Assembly: GCA_947586835.1 (NCBI GenBank)
Contig: CANPXT010000008.1
Coordinates: 443-64,442, forward strand
DNA: 64,000 nucleotides
Reading direction: 5' to 3'
From: an uncultured Alphaproteobacteria bacterium
Lineage (GTDB): Bacteria; Pseudomonadota; Alphaproteobacteria; CAAHEQ01; UBA3637
Part shown: positions 28,386 through 38,868 of the stretch, in pieces
Numbering within the stretch: position 1 is the first letter of the stretch
How the letters are laid out: each line of letters starts with the position of its first letter
Made by a program: the position numbers and the translations under genes
The notes under the pieces: generated by a model
Seen by the model: only the letters and a program-made list of their open reading frames with translations
The model's database searches: none
Told to the model about the DNA's origin: nothing

Positions 28386-30184
28386 ACACTTTCTTCCGCC
28401 AATAATTCCAGTTCAAGCCATTTATTTTCCAACGCTTCCAAAGCCATTTGAGCCGCGTGCAGACGGTTTGTCGCGTCAAGAAGTTTTTGTTTTTCTTGGT
28501 AAATGCTCGAATTGTTCAATTCTTGGTTAATTTGCTCAACAATTTTGGTTTGTTCGGCAATTTTATTCGGCAATTCTTTTAGCAGATGCGCCTCGGTAAA
28601 CGTTAGTTTTCGAGGCGTATTTGTGCCGGGATTTTCTTTTTTCTTTTCGCTGATTTTTTTTGTCGCAACGGAAACACTCGGTTTTTTATCGGCTTTTAGA
28701 GCCTCTAACTGCGCGTAACCGCCGGCATATTCCTGAGCACTCCCGTCACCCGGCATATAAATTAAAGACGTAACGGTTTTATCCAAAAAATCACGATCAT
28801 GACTGACAATCAATATCGTACCTTCATATTCGGCTAACACTTCCTGTAACAAATCGAGTGTGTCGGTATCCAAATCATTTGTCGGTTCGTCAAGTACCAG
28901 AAAATTTGACGGACGCGCCAGTAAAACGGCCAGCATCAATCTGTTTTTTTCCCCGCCCGATAACGCACTGACGGGCATTTGCGCCTGATCACTCGTAAAC
29001 AAAAAGTCTTTTAAATATGAAACAACGTGTCGCCACGCACCGCGCACAAAAATATGATCGCCTTCGGGGCAAAGTGTTCGCCATAATGTTTTTGTGATGT
29101 CAAGCGTGAGACGTCCCTGATCGAAATAGCCTTCTTCCAAATTTTTTGCCAAACGAACCGAGCCTGAATCGGGTTCCAATCGTTTGGTTAAAAGTTTGAT
29201 GAGTGTTGATTTTCCGGCGCCGTTCGGCCCGACAATGCCGATTTTGTTTCCGCGTAAAATACGGGTTGAAAAGGATTTTACAATTTCTTTGTTTCCGAAT
29301 GATTTTGAAATGTTTTTCGCTTCAATAATCATTTTCGATTGAATCATTCCTTTATCGGCCAGCATTTTAACGGATCCTGTCGGAGAGAGCTGTTCTTTGC
29401 GTTCGGCGCGTAATTGTTCCAATCGTCGCAGTCGTCCCATATTGCGTTTGCGTCGTGCCGTTACGCCTTGATGCAACCATTTTGTTTCTTCTTCCAAGCG
29501 TTTATTTAAATATTTGCAGGCTATAATTTCCTGTTCGATAATTTGTTCCTGCCATTCTTCAAAATAGGCATAACCTTTATTTGTTTGTCGTGCCGTGCCT
29601 CTGTCCAACCAGAGACAGGCATTTGAAACGCGTGATAAAAAGCGCCGGTCATGGCTGATGACAATTACGGCGCTTTTCATATTTAAGATGAGTTTTTCAA
29701 GCTTTTCAACCGTTTCAATATCCAAATGATTTGTCGGTTCGTCAAGCAGTAACAAATCGGGCTCACTGATGAGTGCTTTGGCCAATGCCGCTTTTTTACG
29801 TTCGCCGCCAGATGCCGTTTCGGGTTTTAAATCGGCTTTGAGCTGAAAAGTTTCAATTAAAATATCGGCTTTATAATCAGCGTTGCCATCCGTTTCATCC
29901 AATCCCGAAAGTACGACGTCGCGCAAGGAAGCATATCCGTTAAAATTTTCTTCCTGCGGCATCAGAGAAATACGCAGGTTCGGTTCGGCAAAATAAAATG
30001 CCTCATCGCATTCGATTTGACCGGCAATCACCTTTAAAAGCGTTGATTTACCCGAACCGTTTCGACCGATCAGACAAATTTTATCGTTTCGTCCGATGTA
30101 AATATTCGCCTGTTCGAACAAAACGCGACTGCCGAACGACAGACGAGCATTTTTAAGGGCAAAAATCGGTGCAATATCTGACAT
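28382..30184 (-). CDS. uup: ABC-F family ATPase Uup
   Basis: Two ABC domains (GRNGSGKST, GPNGAGKST; LDEPTN twice), WL.QGVTARRKRN.GR linker, C-terminal coiled coil. Confidence 0.9.
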   Translation of the reverse strand: MSDIAPIFALKNARLSFGSRVLFEQANIYIGRNDKICLIGRNGSGKSTLLKVIAGQIECDEAFYFAEPNLRISLMPQEENFNGYASLRDVVLSGLDETDGNADYKADILIETFQLKADLKPETASGGERKKAALAKALISEPDLLLLDEPTNHLDIETVEKLEKLILNMKSAVIVISHDRRFLSRVSNACLWLDRGTARQTNKGYAYFEEWQEQIIEQEIIACKYLNKRLEEETKWLHQGVTARRKRNMGRLRRLEQLRAERKEQLSPTGSVKMLADKGMIQSKMIIEAKNISKSFGNKEIVKSFSTRILRGNKIGIVGPNGAGKSTLIKLLTKRLEPDSGSVRLAKNLEEGYFDQGRLTLDITKTLWRTLCPEGDHIFVRGAWRHVVSYLKDFLFTSDQAQMPVSALSGGEKNRLMLAVLLARPSNFLVLDEPTNDLDTDTLDLLQEVLAEYEGTILIVSHDRDFLDKTVTSLIYMPGDGSAQEYAGGYAQLEALKADKKPSVSVATKKISEKKKENPGTNTPRKLTFTEAHLLKELPNKIAEQTKIVEQINQELNNSSIYQEKQKLLDATNRLHAAQMALEALENKWLELELLAEESV

Positions 30185-30252
30185 TTTACTATTCTGCTGA
30201 TTTTTTCAAAACTTAATCGAAAAACAAGAAAAAATCAAGTTTTTATTTCATT

Positions 30253-31263
30253 TTAAAAACAATACATCAGTCCTTTTTGACACAATTCTTTGTAAATCGG
30301 CTGATTTAAACCCAAAAGCCTGATAATTTCCGTCGGCTTTAAATCAATGCTTACGGAAAAAGCATGAGATACGCCGTTTTTTATTTGTTTGACAACGGCG
30401 CTCGGTAAATCGCTTTTTCCGATACAGGAAGAAAGATAAACAAAGCATTCGTCAAAATCTTTTAAATACTCAACGGCCAATTTTCGTGCGTATAAGTTTA
30501 AAGTCAAATCGGCTTTTGAGGGGTCTTTCGTCCACGGACTGCCGCCACCGACAGGGCAGGCACCGGCATAAAAATCGCAGGCAAGTTTGCGTCCCGTCAC
30601 GCCGCAATCGGCAACGGAAGAATGACACGTATAGTTTCCCGTACCGTTAATGATCAGGTTTTTCGGTATTTGTCCGAGCGTTTCAATCACAAAATCCGTT
30701 AAATCAACCGTTTTCAGCATGGGAATGGCTACAACTGCCGTTTCAATGGTGCCCGTATCATCTTGTGTGATTTGTGTTTTAATATCCAGTCCTAAATTAT
30801 CAGATGTTTTCGCTTTTTCGTAAAGAGCCAGATTGAGTTTTCGTGCTTGAACCAATTCGGCGGGCATAAAATGTGTGTTTCGGACGGCATATCCCACGAA
30901 AATGCCTTGATCGCCCCATCCGTTATTGATTACGCCTTGTGCGATTTCCGCCGATTGCAGCCCGATGAGATTGAGAATGTTTATTTTTGACACATCAATG
31001 GCGTTTTGTCCCCAAAGACGCGCGTAACGCTCGTTATAACCGATTGTTCTTAAAGCGTTTCGAACGGTATCGTCCAAAAACGAAAAATCGTGAATTCCGC
31101 CGATTTCGCCGCCCAATACAACGGTATTATCTTTAATCATAACTTCCACGGCAAACTTAACGGACGGATTTTGTTTCATAGCTTCATCCAAAAGAGCGCA
31201 AGAAATGAAGTCGGCCGTTTTGTCAGGGTGTCCCAAAGAGACGTATTCTGCTGTTTTTAACAT
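30253..31263 (-). CDS. metK: S-adenosylmethionine synthetase (short, divergent type)
   Basis: EYVSLGHPDK, GWGDQG, DCGVTGRKL, GGGSPWTKDPSKAD. Confidence 0.88.
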   Translation of the reverse strand: MLKTAEYVSLGHPDKTADFISCALLDEAMKQNPSVKFAVEVMIKDNTVVLGGEIGGIHDFSFLDDTVRNALRTIGYNERYARLWGQNAIDVSKINILNLIGLQSAEIAQGVINNGWGDQGIFVGYAVRNTHFMPAELVQARKLNLALYEKAKTSDNLGLDIKTQITQDDTGTIETAVVAIPMLKTVDLTDFVIETLGQIPKNLIINGTGNYTCHSSVADCGVTGRKLACDFYAGACPVGGGSPWTKDPSKADLTLNLYARKLAVEYLKDFDECFVYLSSCIGKSDLPSAVVKQIKNGVSHAFSVSIDLKPTEIIRLLGLNQPIYKELCQKGLMYCF

Positions 31264-31311
31264 TGTTTTTCCTTTCTTTTTTTACCCGCTTGTTTTGTGA
31301 AAGGAAGCAAT

Positions 31312-31348
31312 AAAAAACCGTCGACCGTTATATCGTTACGGCTGACGG
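31312..31348 (-). terminator. Leader terminator upstream of metK (riboswitch expression platform)
   Basis: Minus strand CCGTCAGCCGT-loop-ACGGTCGACGG-TTTTTT. Confidence 0.75.
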
Positions 31349-31360
31349 AATAGTTTATGG

Positions 31361-31426
31361 CTCCGTTTAGTCCTCATGAACACGAGATGTGTTTGAATCG
31401 GGACAAGTGGAGATAAATCCGATTCA
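31361..31426 (-). ncRNA. Putative SAM-V/SAM-II-clan riboswitch aptamer
   Basis: Minus strand UGAAUCGG-AUUU-AUCUCC-AC-UUGU-CCCGAUUCA...GACUAAA-CGGAG: H-type pseudoknot with AUUU, UUGU and ACUAAA elements, upstream of metK. Confidence 0.65.
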
Positions 31427-31598
31427 TTTGTCAGCATACAATATTTTTTATGTAATGCAAGAAAATTTTTTAAAGAACGGCAATTTTTTTTGTTTTGACA
31501 ACTCCTTTATTTTTTGATAACATAAAATAAGCAAGTTTTTTGTATTTGTTTAAAGCTTTAATTTTGTTGTTTAATTTATTGATTAAAAAGGGATATTT

Positions 31599-32543
31599 AT
31601 GAAATTTTTTAAATTTTTTTCTTTACGGCCTTCTCCTTTTCAAGAGGGCTTTTGTCCGGTAGGCGACGGACACGAAATTCATTATATGGCGTTCGGAAAT
31701 CCGAAAGGAAAAACCGTTATTCGCTTTCACGGCGGGCCGGGCGGGGGTGCATCGGCGCATCAGGTAACGGCGTTTGATTTAAAAAAATATCGCGTTTTGC
31801 TTTTTGATCAGCGCGGATGTAAGTTCTCGACAAGTAAAGATATTTATCGCAACAATACGCCTTATGCCGCTGTGGAAGATGCCGTTAAATTGTTAAAGCA
31901 TTTAAAATGGCCGGTTAAAAATTTAATTGTTGCCGGTTCCTCTTATGGCGCATTGCTGGCATTGTTATTTGCCGAAAAATATGAAAAATGCGTGAGCGCG
32001 CTTGTTTTAAGTTCGGTGTTTTTGGGGCGCAAGGAAGATTTGGATTGGACGGAAGAAAGTCGGCGTTTTTATCCTGATTTAACGGATGAAATGCATCAAA
32101 AAATCAAGAAAAACGAATCGCTGGCCGACGGTTATTTTCGGCTGATTTCATCTGACAGTTATCAAAATATTCAAACGGCGCTTTCCTATTACGGTCAATA
32201 TGAGCGCAATTTAGGGCTTTTAAATCCGGCGTTTCGGCCGTTAAAAGCCGTTTATGACAATGATGTGCGTTCGTTAAGAATTTTTCTTTATTATGAAGTA
32301 AATCGCTTGTTTTTAAAAGAGAATGAAATTTTAAATAACCTTTATAAAATAAAGAATATTCCCATGTTAATCGTTCACAATCGCTTGGATATGACTTGTC
32401 CCGTTGCGGGCGCTTATCAACTGGCACAGCAAGCCGAACGGGCGGAGCTTGTGATTGTATCCGATTTGGGGCATGTTTCGGCAAAGCTGCAAAAAGTGCT
32501 GAAACACCGAACGAATGCTTTTTTAAAAGCTTTACGGTTATAA
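31599..32543 (+). CDS. pip: Prolyl aminopeptidase (alpha/beta hydrolase)
   Basis: GDGHEIHY, GNPKG, FHGGPGGG, FDQRGC, GSSYG nucleophile, D..CP, GH. Confidence 0.85.
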   Translation: MKFFKFFSLRPSPFQEGFCPVGDGHEIHYMAFGNPKGKTVIRFHGGPGGGASAHQVTAFDLKKYRVLLFDQRGCKFSTSKDIYRNNTPYAAVEDAVKLLKHLKWPVKNLIVAGSSYGALLALLFAEKYEKCVSALVLSSVFLGRKEDLDWTEESRRFYPDLTDEMHQKIKKNESLADGYFRLISSDSYQNIQTALSYYGQYERNLGLLNPAFRPLKAVYDNDVRSLRIFLYYEVNRLFLKENEILNNLYKIKNIPMLIVHNRLDMTCPVAGAYQLAQQAERAELVIVSDLGHVSAKLQKVLKHRTNAFLKALRL

Positions 32544-32613
32544 ACGAGCCGGGCGAGGAGAAATTTATCCGCTCACCCGAGTGATAAATAAGCACAATCA
32601 AACCTTTCAGCCG

Positions 32614-34926
32614 TTAAGCCGTACGGGAAGTATTTACGGAAATGCCCGTTTGAGTGTTTTCGGATTCTTCCGTAACATTTCGACTGCTTTTTCCCAAAGA
32701 AGCAGTCAGATTTGACTTCGTTTCCGTTTCAGCAGATGTTTTGTCCTTTTGCGCAGCGGTTGTTGCAACTCTTCGCGACCCGGTTTGCGCTTGGTTAATA
32801 ATATTTAAAACGGCTTGAAGATTTTCTTTTATATCTGTATCGGATTCTTTACTTAATTTTTCTTCAATATAGCTTTTAGGCGTTTGTCCCTTGTTGTTTT
32901 GAATGTTGACATCAGCACCCGCTTTTATTAACAGCTTTACAGCTTCAGTATCCTCTATAAAATACAACGGTGTATTGCCATTTTTATCTTGGGCATTCAC
33001 ATCAGCACCGTGAGCTATTAACTCCTGCACCACTTCGGTGTTTTTTGCAACATGCAACGGTGTTTTGCCCTTGTTATTTTTGGCATTCACGTCAGCGCCG
33101 TTTGCTATTAACGTTTTTACAATGTCGTTTTTCTTTAATACCGAGGCTGCATGCAACGGTGTACTGCCACCGTTACTTTTAGCATTCACATCACCACCGT
33201 TTGCTATTAACGCTTGCGCCACTTCGGCATTTTCTGCTAAATACAACGGTGTATAGCCACCTTTACTTTTGGCATTCGCATCGGCACCGTGAGCGATTAA
33301 CGCTTGCGCCACTTCGGCATTATCTGCAACATGCAATGGTGTTCGGTCATATTTATCTTTGGCATTCACATCGGCACCGTTTGCTATTAACGTTTGCACC
33401 ATTTCGGCTTTTAGTGCAACATGCAACGGTGTTTTGCCGATTTTATTTTTGGCATTGACATCGGTACCGTGAGCGATTAACGCTTTTACAATTTCATTAT
33501 TATTGAATATCGAGGCTGCATGCAATGGTATATTGCCGTTTTTGTCCGAGGCATTGACATCAGCGCCCGCGTTTATTAACACCTGTGCTACATCTGGACG
33601 TCCTTTTAATAAATGCTGCAGCAGCGGTGTTTCACCCTTGTTATTTTTGGCATTGAGATCAGCACCGTTTGCTATTAACACCTTTATCGTTTCAGGATGC
33701 ACAAACCAATGCAGCGGTGTTTCGCCCTTGTTATCTTTGGTATTGACATCGGCACCTGCGTTTATTAACGTCTGCGTAAGTTCGGTGCGACCTTCAAATG
33801 GGAGATCTGCCCAATACAACGGTGTTCGACCATCGTTATTTTTGGCATTCACATCGGCACCGTTCGCCAGTAACAGCTTTGTAACTTCGGCGGTGTGTGC
33901 ATGATGCAACGGCGTATCGCCAGATACATCTGTGGCATTCACGTTTGCACCTCTTCCTATCAGTTTTTTTGCTTTTTTATAGTCTCCGCCTCCGACAGCA
34001 TCCATTAAGGGGGTTACGCCCTCTTCCCAAAGCGGATTATCAATGCTCGGAGGGGGTATTATTTGTCCTTTACCGCTTTGCACGTTGGCCTGTGCTTGGT
34101 CAATCATGTTTATAATATCTCGCATGAGTTTATGATTCTTAGATAATATATCATTATTTAATTGTGCTTCAAGATGGCTTTTGGGTGTTTCACCTTTATT
34201 ATTTTTAAGGTTAAGATCAGCGCCGCTTGTTATTAACACCCATGCAGCTTCGATATCTGTGAAAAATCCGATCCTATCTGCGATAATATGCAGCGGTGTA
34301 TCGCCATATTCATTTTGGGCATTCACATCGGCACCGTTCTTTATTAATTCTTTTACAGTTTCAGCATCGTTCAAACCATGCAACGGTGTAGCGCCCCATT
34401 TATTTCGGGCATTCACATCAGCACCGTGAGCTATTAACGCTTTTGCAACTTCAGGATTCTCTGTCACATGCAACGGTGTTCGCCCCTCTATATCTTTGGT
34501 ATTGACATCAGCACCGTGAGCTATTAACGCTTTTGCAACTTCTTCGTGAGCATCGTCTACATAATATAGCGGTGTAGCGCCCTGGATATCTTTGACATTG
34601 ACATCGGCACCGTTCGCTATTAAAAACTGCGCAACTTCATCACAACTCCTATAGGTTGCCCAATGCAACGGTGTACTGCCATAGATATCTTTGGCATTGA
34701 CATCAGCACCGTTAGCGATTAACAACTGCGCAAGTTTATCATCAAGTATCTTATGCAATGGGGTTATGCCATCTTTATCTTTGGTATTTGTGTTAGCACC
34801 TTTGGCAATAAGGTCTTTTGCTTCATCTAAGTTACCCAAAAAGCAAGCATGACTTAATTGTGTTGTGCCGGCTCCATCAATCGGATCATCAATGTGCGGA
34901 TCTTTTTGACGATTGTTTGTTACCAT
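32614..34926 (-). CDS. Large ankyrin-repeat protein (two repeat blocks)
   Basis: About 20 GxTPLH...LIxxGADVNAK repeats. Confidence 0.95.
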   Translation of the reverse strand: MVTNNRQKDPHIDDPIDGAGTTQLSHACFLGNLDEAKDLIAKGANTNTKDKDGITPLHKILDDKLAQLLIANGADVNAKDIYGSTPLHWATYRSCDEVAQFLIANGADVNVKDIQGATPLYYVDDAHEEVAKALIAHGADVNTKDIEGRTPLHVTENPEVAKALIAHGADVNARNKWGATPLHGLNDAETVKELIKNGADVNAQNEYGDTPLHIIADRIGFFTDIEAAWVLITSGADLNLKNNKGETPKSHLEAQLNNDILSKNHKLMRDIINMIDQAQANVQSGKGQIIPPPSIDNPLWEEGVTPLMDAVGGGDYKKAKKLIGRGANVNATDVSGDTPLHHAHTAEVTKLLLANGADVNAKNNDGRTPLYWADLPFEGRTELTQTLINAGADVNTKDNKGETPLHWFVHPETIKVLIANGADLNAKNNKGETPLLQHLLKGRPDVAQVLINAGADVNASDKNGNIPLHAASIFNNNEIVKALIAHGTDVNAKNKIGKTPLHVALKAEMVQTLIANGADVNAKDKYDRTPLHVADNAEVAQALIAHGADANAKSKGGYTPLYLAENAEVAQALIANGGDVNAKSNGGSTPLHAASVLKKNDIVKTLIANGADVNAKNNKGKTPLHVAKNTEVVQELIAHGADVNAQDKNGNTPLYFIEDTEAVKLLIKAGADVNIQNNKGQTPKSYIEEKLSKESDTDIKENLQAVLNIINQAQTGSRRVATTAAQKDKTSAETETKSNLTASLGKSSRNVTEESENTQTGISVNTSRTA

Positions 34927-34970
34927 GAGAAACCTTCCTTTCGTTTGTGTGGGTTGTTTTTATAAAAAGC

Positions 34971-35135
34971 ATTATACAATAAACGTAGGTCTAGTTGGTG
35001 CACTTTTTTGCACGTTTTTCAAGGCAAGCATTTTGAAAACAAGAAAAGAATAACCGATTGAAAATGAACAAAAAACAAGAAAAATAAATTTTTTCTGTGC
35101 AAAATAAAAAAAGGTGTTGCATTAAACGTACGTTT
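34971..35135 (-). promoter_or_regulatory. Conserved upstream element with two AAACGTACGTTT-type palindromes (copy 1)
   Basis: Palindromes at 35124-35135 and 34981-34992; TATAAT at 34971-34976; homologous inverted copy at 63747-63913. Confidence 0.75.
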
Positions 35136-35322
35136 AATTTAGGCAGTGATAAAAGAAAAATTTATTGATAATATAAACTTTTATGTGTTATCAAGCTTTT
35201 GCGGAAACACTTGTATACCTCCGTGAAAAAGGATATTTTGAATAGAGAAGGGCAGGTTTGCTGAAACATATAAAAAAAACGACCGCATGAAATGCAGCCG
35301 CTTTTTTTTTAATTATCTGAAA

Positions 35323-35586
35323 CTAATTTTGAGCGTTGTTGTTCACCGAAACATAAACTCTGTCTTTGAATGAACGCTTGAATTCAACAACACCGTCTGC
35401 CGTTGCAAACAATGTGTGATCTTTGCCCATACCGACATTATCGCCAGCCCGATAAACCGTACCGCGTTGACGCACGATAATGTTTCCGGCAATAACGGAT
35501 TGACCGCCCGATTTCTTTAAACCTAAGCGTCTGCCTTCGGAATCACGACCGTTTCTGGTACTACCGCCTGCTTTTTTATGTGCCAT
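35323..35586 (-). CDS. rpmA: 50S ribosomal protein L27
   Basis: [16 protein letters not shown]...[10 protein letters not shown]. Confidence 0.98.
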   Translation of the reverse strand: MAHKKAGGSTRNGRDSEGRRLGLKKSGGQSVIAGNIIVRQRGTVYRAGDNVGMGKDHTLFATADGVVEFKRSFKDRVYVSVNNNAQN

Positions 35587-35604
35587 GTTGCCTCTCCTTT
35601 ACTC

Positions 35605-35904
35605 TTAAGCTTTAACGTCCGTAATTTTAACGACTGTCAAATCTTGTTTATGACCTTTTTTTCGCCGATATCCGTGCCGACGAATTTTTTTGAAAATAAT
35701 AACCTTTTCACCGCGTGTTTGTTTCACGATTTCGCCGCTGACTTTTGCGCCTTTAACCGTTGGCGTTCCGATTTTATCACCAACCATTAAAACTTCTTCA
35801 AATTCAACGGTCGAACCGGCTTCACCGGCTAACTTTTCAACGATAATGACGGAATCTTTCGTTACTTTATATTGTTTTCCGCCTGTTTTAATAACTGCAA
35901 ACAT
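35605..35904 (-). CDS. rplU: 50S ribosomal protein L21
   Basis: [14 protein letters not shown]...KKGHKQ. Confidence 0.98.
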   Translation of the reverse strand: MFAVIKTGGKQYKVTKDSVIIVEKLAGEAGSTVEFEEVLMVGDKIGTPTVKGAKVSGEIVKQTRGEKVIIFKKIRRHGYRRKKGHKQDLTVVKITDVKA

Positions 35905-35987
35905 TTTCTCATCCCTTTACTTTTTTTTGAAAATAGGATTGTTTTATACACGATTCTTTTTTGTTTGTCAATCAAAATTTTTATTTT

Positions 35988-36800
35988 TTATCTTTTATTT
36001 TGATTTTCCTGTTTCATTCGCTCCCAAAACGGATGATTTTCTTTTAACCCGTGCGGCGCCATTTTGTGTAAAGCTTCTTGCTGATAAGCCCGTTTGCAAC
36101 AATCTGATAAATGCATTTGCAATAATGTGTGTTTCATAAAGACAATATAATCACACGTCGGCTGTTTCTCTGGTTTTAAATTATTGATTCGCTTGAATAT
36201 CGTTTCCTTTAAATTGGGATGATTTTTGTCCGTCAACCATTCATCACGCGTGTTGAATAACGAAAATACGGGCATGGAATCTTTGGCGCGTTTGACTAAT
36301 GTTTCAGCGGCCGAATCCTCCCACATTGAGATGTAACTGTTATCATCCAAACTGACAAGCGTGATCTGCGATTTTTGAAAAAAGTCAAAATCTTCCGCCT
36401 TTAAAGCCTTAATTAACAAATCACTTGCCGTCATATAATGCGCAATATTCCGATTTTCCCTGTTAACAGCTTGAAAATCATAGCCTTTTTCGGCTAAACA
36501 TCCGATTAATTGCGGAGTCAACGTGTTTTGAGCAGCCAGTTTGTCGGCAAACCTTAATCCGTTCGGCAATGTACGGTTTAAATCAACGCCTCTGTGCGTT
36601 AACCATGCAATCGTAACGGGTCGAAGCAAACGATTATCGGCTGCTTTATTTAAAATTTCCCCGCTTTCCATGCGTACTTCTTCTTTTTTCTTGCCTTTTA
36701 ACAATTGCCATAAATGCCTGATTTGCTTTTTTTGCTCGTTATATATGTTGCCATTTACGGTTAATTCGGTATCACAGTGTTTTTTTATTGTTTCATACAT
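35988..36800 (-). CDS. Hypothetical protein (possibly degenerate ankyrin-like)
   Basis: 270-aa ORF; RGVDLN and KGYDFQAVN..NRNIAHY resemble decayed ankyrin turns. Confidence 0.65.
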   Translation of the reverse strand: MYETIKKHCDTELTVNGNIYNEQKKQIRHLWQLLKGKKKEEVRMESGEILNKAADNRLLRPVTIAWLTHRGVDLNRTLPNGLRFADKLAAQNTLTPQLIGCLAEKGYDFQAVNRENRNIAHYMTASDLLIKALKAEDFDFFQKSQITLVSLDDNSYISMWEDSAAETLVKRAKDSMPVFSLFNTRDEWLTDKNHPNLKETIFKRINNLKPEKQPTCDYIVFMKHTLLQMHLSDCCKRAYQQEALHKMAPHGLKENHPFWERMKQENQNKR

Positions 36801-36930
36801 GTTTTTTCCCTTTCCTGATTAATTGTTGACGGTGAAAACAAGTATACACGAAATAATATGTTTTGTCAATATTTTTTTCTTTACTTTTGTTAAAAAAAAC
36901 GATATTTTTGTATGAGAGGAAAAAAATTAG

Positions 36931-37599
36931 ATGAAAACATTTAAAAAGACAACCAAACCGACACTTAAAACTTATTTTTTTACGGGTGTTTTGGTCACGG
37001 CTCCCGTGGCTATTACGCTGTATGTGGCGTGGAAGCTCATTACTTATATCGATACAAAAGTCACGGCTTTCATTCCTTCGCAATATAATCCGAACGAGCT
37101 GCTTCCTTACGGTATCCCCGGGTTGGGCGTGATTTTATTGCTTATTTTCTTTACGCTTATCGGTATGCTTACGGCTAACTATGTCGGGCAGGCGCTTGTA
37201 AAATTCGGCTATCGTCTTATTAATCATATGCCGATTATTTCGGGACTTTATAATGCTATTCGCAAAATTTTTGAAACACTGATCGGTAACGGGCAGAATA
37301 AAGCTTTTCGTCAACCGGTTTTGGTTGAATATCCGCGCAAAGGCTTGTGGACGATTGCGTTTGTGACAGGACCCGTCTTTCAACCGATTGAACGAAAAAT
37401 TAAAACAAAGCTGTTGGCTGTTTATGTGCCTACAACACCGAATCCGACATCGGGCTTTTTTCTGTATGTGCCCGAATCAGATGTTATAAAACTTGATATC
37501 AGCGTGGAAGAGGCTTTAAAGCTCATTATTTCAATCGGCATCATTAATCCGCCGAACAGAAAAAGACGGGTTTTGAAAAATAAGAAAAAATCAGCTTAA
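36931..37599 (+). CDS. DUF502 membrane protein
   Basis: VLVEYPRKG.W.IAFVTG; VYVPTTPNPTSGF. Confidence 0.92.
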   Translation: MKTFKKTTKPTLKTYFFTGVLVTAPVAITLYVAWKLITYIDTKVTAFIPSQYNPNELLPYGIPGLGVILLLIFFTLIGMLTANYVGQALVKFGYRLINHMPIISGLYNAIRKIFETLIGNGQNKAFRQPVLVEYPRKGLWTIAFVTGPVFQPIERKIKTKLLAVYVPTTPNPTSGFFLYVPESDVIKLDISVEEALKLIISIGIINPPNRKRRVLKNKKKSA

Positions 37600-37601
37600 A
37601 A

Positions 37602-38585
37602 TCAGCTCTTTTCGTCATTTTCCGCCTGAATAAAGGCTTTTAAGGCTTCTAAATCGCGTGATGCTAAAATTTGTCGGTAAACTTTGGCATTGGCACATCC
37701 GTGATAAAGTCCCATGAGATGCGGACAAATAATTGAAAGCGAATCACGGTGTGATTCTAAATAAGGAATCATTTTTTCCAAAATTTCCCCTCGCGTTAAT
37801 ACCGGATGATGATCGTGATAGATGATTTCATCAATCGTACTCAATGCATACGGATTGCCGTAAGCCAAACGACCGAACATAACGCCGTCAACGTGTGTTA
37901 AATGCTCAATTGCGGCTTGTGTTGAAAAAATATCACCGTTAATGACAATCGGCAGATCGGGAAAGCTTTTTTTCAGACGATAAACCGTTTCATAATCAAT
38001 CGGCAGACGTGCCGATCGGTTTTCTTTGGGTGATAAATTGAGTTTCGCACGTCGCGCATGCACAATTAAACGTTGACAGCCGGCTTGTTTCATTAAATCG
38101 GCAAAATGAAACAACGCTTCAAATCCGTTCGGTTCGTCGAATAAAGCAATGCGCGTTTTAACCGTGACGGGCAGGCCGCTTTGAGCCATTTGATAAACGC
38201 ATTCGGCCGCTATATGCGGTTGTTTCATTAAAACGGCACCGAAAGCACCCGATTGTACCCTTGGCGAGGGACATCCCGCGTTTAAGTTAATTTCACAGTA
38301 TCCCCGTTCTTTGGCAAAGCAGGCGCATTGTTTCGCCAGATTGGCATCACAGGTACCGATTTGCAAAGCCAGCGGTTGTTCCGCGGGGTTAAAATCCAAT
38401 AATTGTTGCCGGTTGCCCAACAAAAGAGCAGGGGCAGCAATCATTTCCGTATAAAATAAGGAATGACGACAAATCAGACGGAGGAAATACCGAAAATGTC
38501 GATCTGTCCAATCCAGCATGGGTGCAATGGATATTTTATAAGCAAAATGATGCGTGAGATTATTTTTTTCTTGTAAATTTGACAT
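37602..38585 (-). CDS. dusA: tRNA-dihydrouridine synthase DusA
   Basis: APMLDWTDRHFRYFLR, EINLNAGCPS.RVQSGAFGA, VHAR, INGDI. Confidence 0.93.
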   Translation of the reverse strand: MSNLQEKNNLTHHFAYKISIAPMLDWTDRHFRYFLRLICRHSLFYTEMIAAPALLLGNRQQLLDFNPAEQPLALQIGTCDANLAKQCACFAKERGYCEINLNAGCPSPRVQSGAFGAVLMKQPHIAAECVYQMAQSGLPVTVKTRIALFDEPNGFEALFHFADLMKQAGCQRLIVHARRAKLNLSPKENRSARLPIDYETVYRLKKSFPDLPIVINGDIFSTQAAIEHLTHVDGVMFGRLAYGNPYALSTIDEIIYHDHHPVLTRGEILEKMIPYLESHRDSLSIICPHLMGLYHGCANAKVYRQILASRDLEALKAFIQAENDEKS

Positions 38586-38631
38586 AATCAGATTATACTA
38601 TAAAGAAAGAAAAAAAGAAAGGATTATTTCA

Positions 38632-38853
38632 ATGACTCTTACATTAGATGAAATGAAAAAGGTTGAAGCCTATTTACAACAATTGTTTTGGAATCCCGAA
38701 TTGAGTGTTCGTCCCGGGACGGGACAGGATGCTCCGGCCGAAGCTTATGTCGGCAAAGAGTTTATCGGCGTGATTTATAAAAATGATGACGACGGTGAAA
38801 TCTCTTATGATTGGACAATGTCAATTTTGGCGGAAGATGTGGAAAAATTTTAA
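38632..38853 (+). CDS. DUF3126 family protein
   Basis: AEAYVG.EFIGVIY..DDDGE.SY.W.MSIL..D; ATG 38632 after AAAGGA. Confidence 0.85.
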   Translation: MTLTLDEMKKVEAYLQQLFWNPELSVRPGTGQDAPAEAYVGKEFIGVIYKNDDDGEISYDWTMSILAEDVEKF

Positions 38854-38868
38854 AATACAGGTGATCAG

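Noticed and set aside
32970-34429. Several + strand ORFs inside the ankyrin gene (also ORFs within yidC, gyrA, hydF, ptsP and the tail fibre)
   Set aside because: Antisense or alternate-frame shadows of well-supported genes, with no independent motifs
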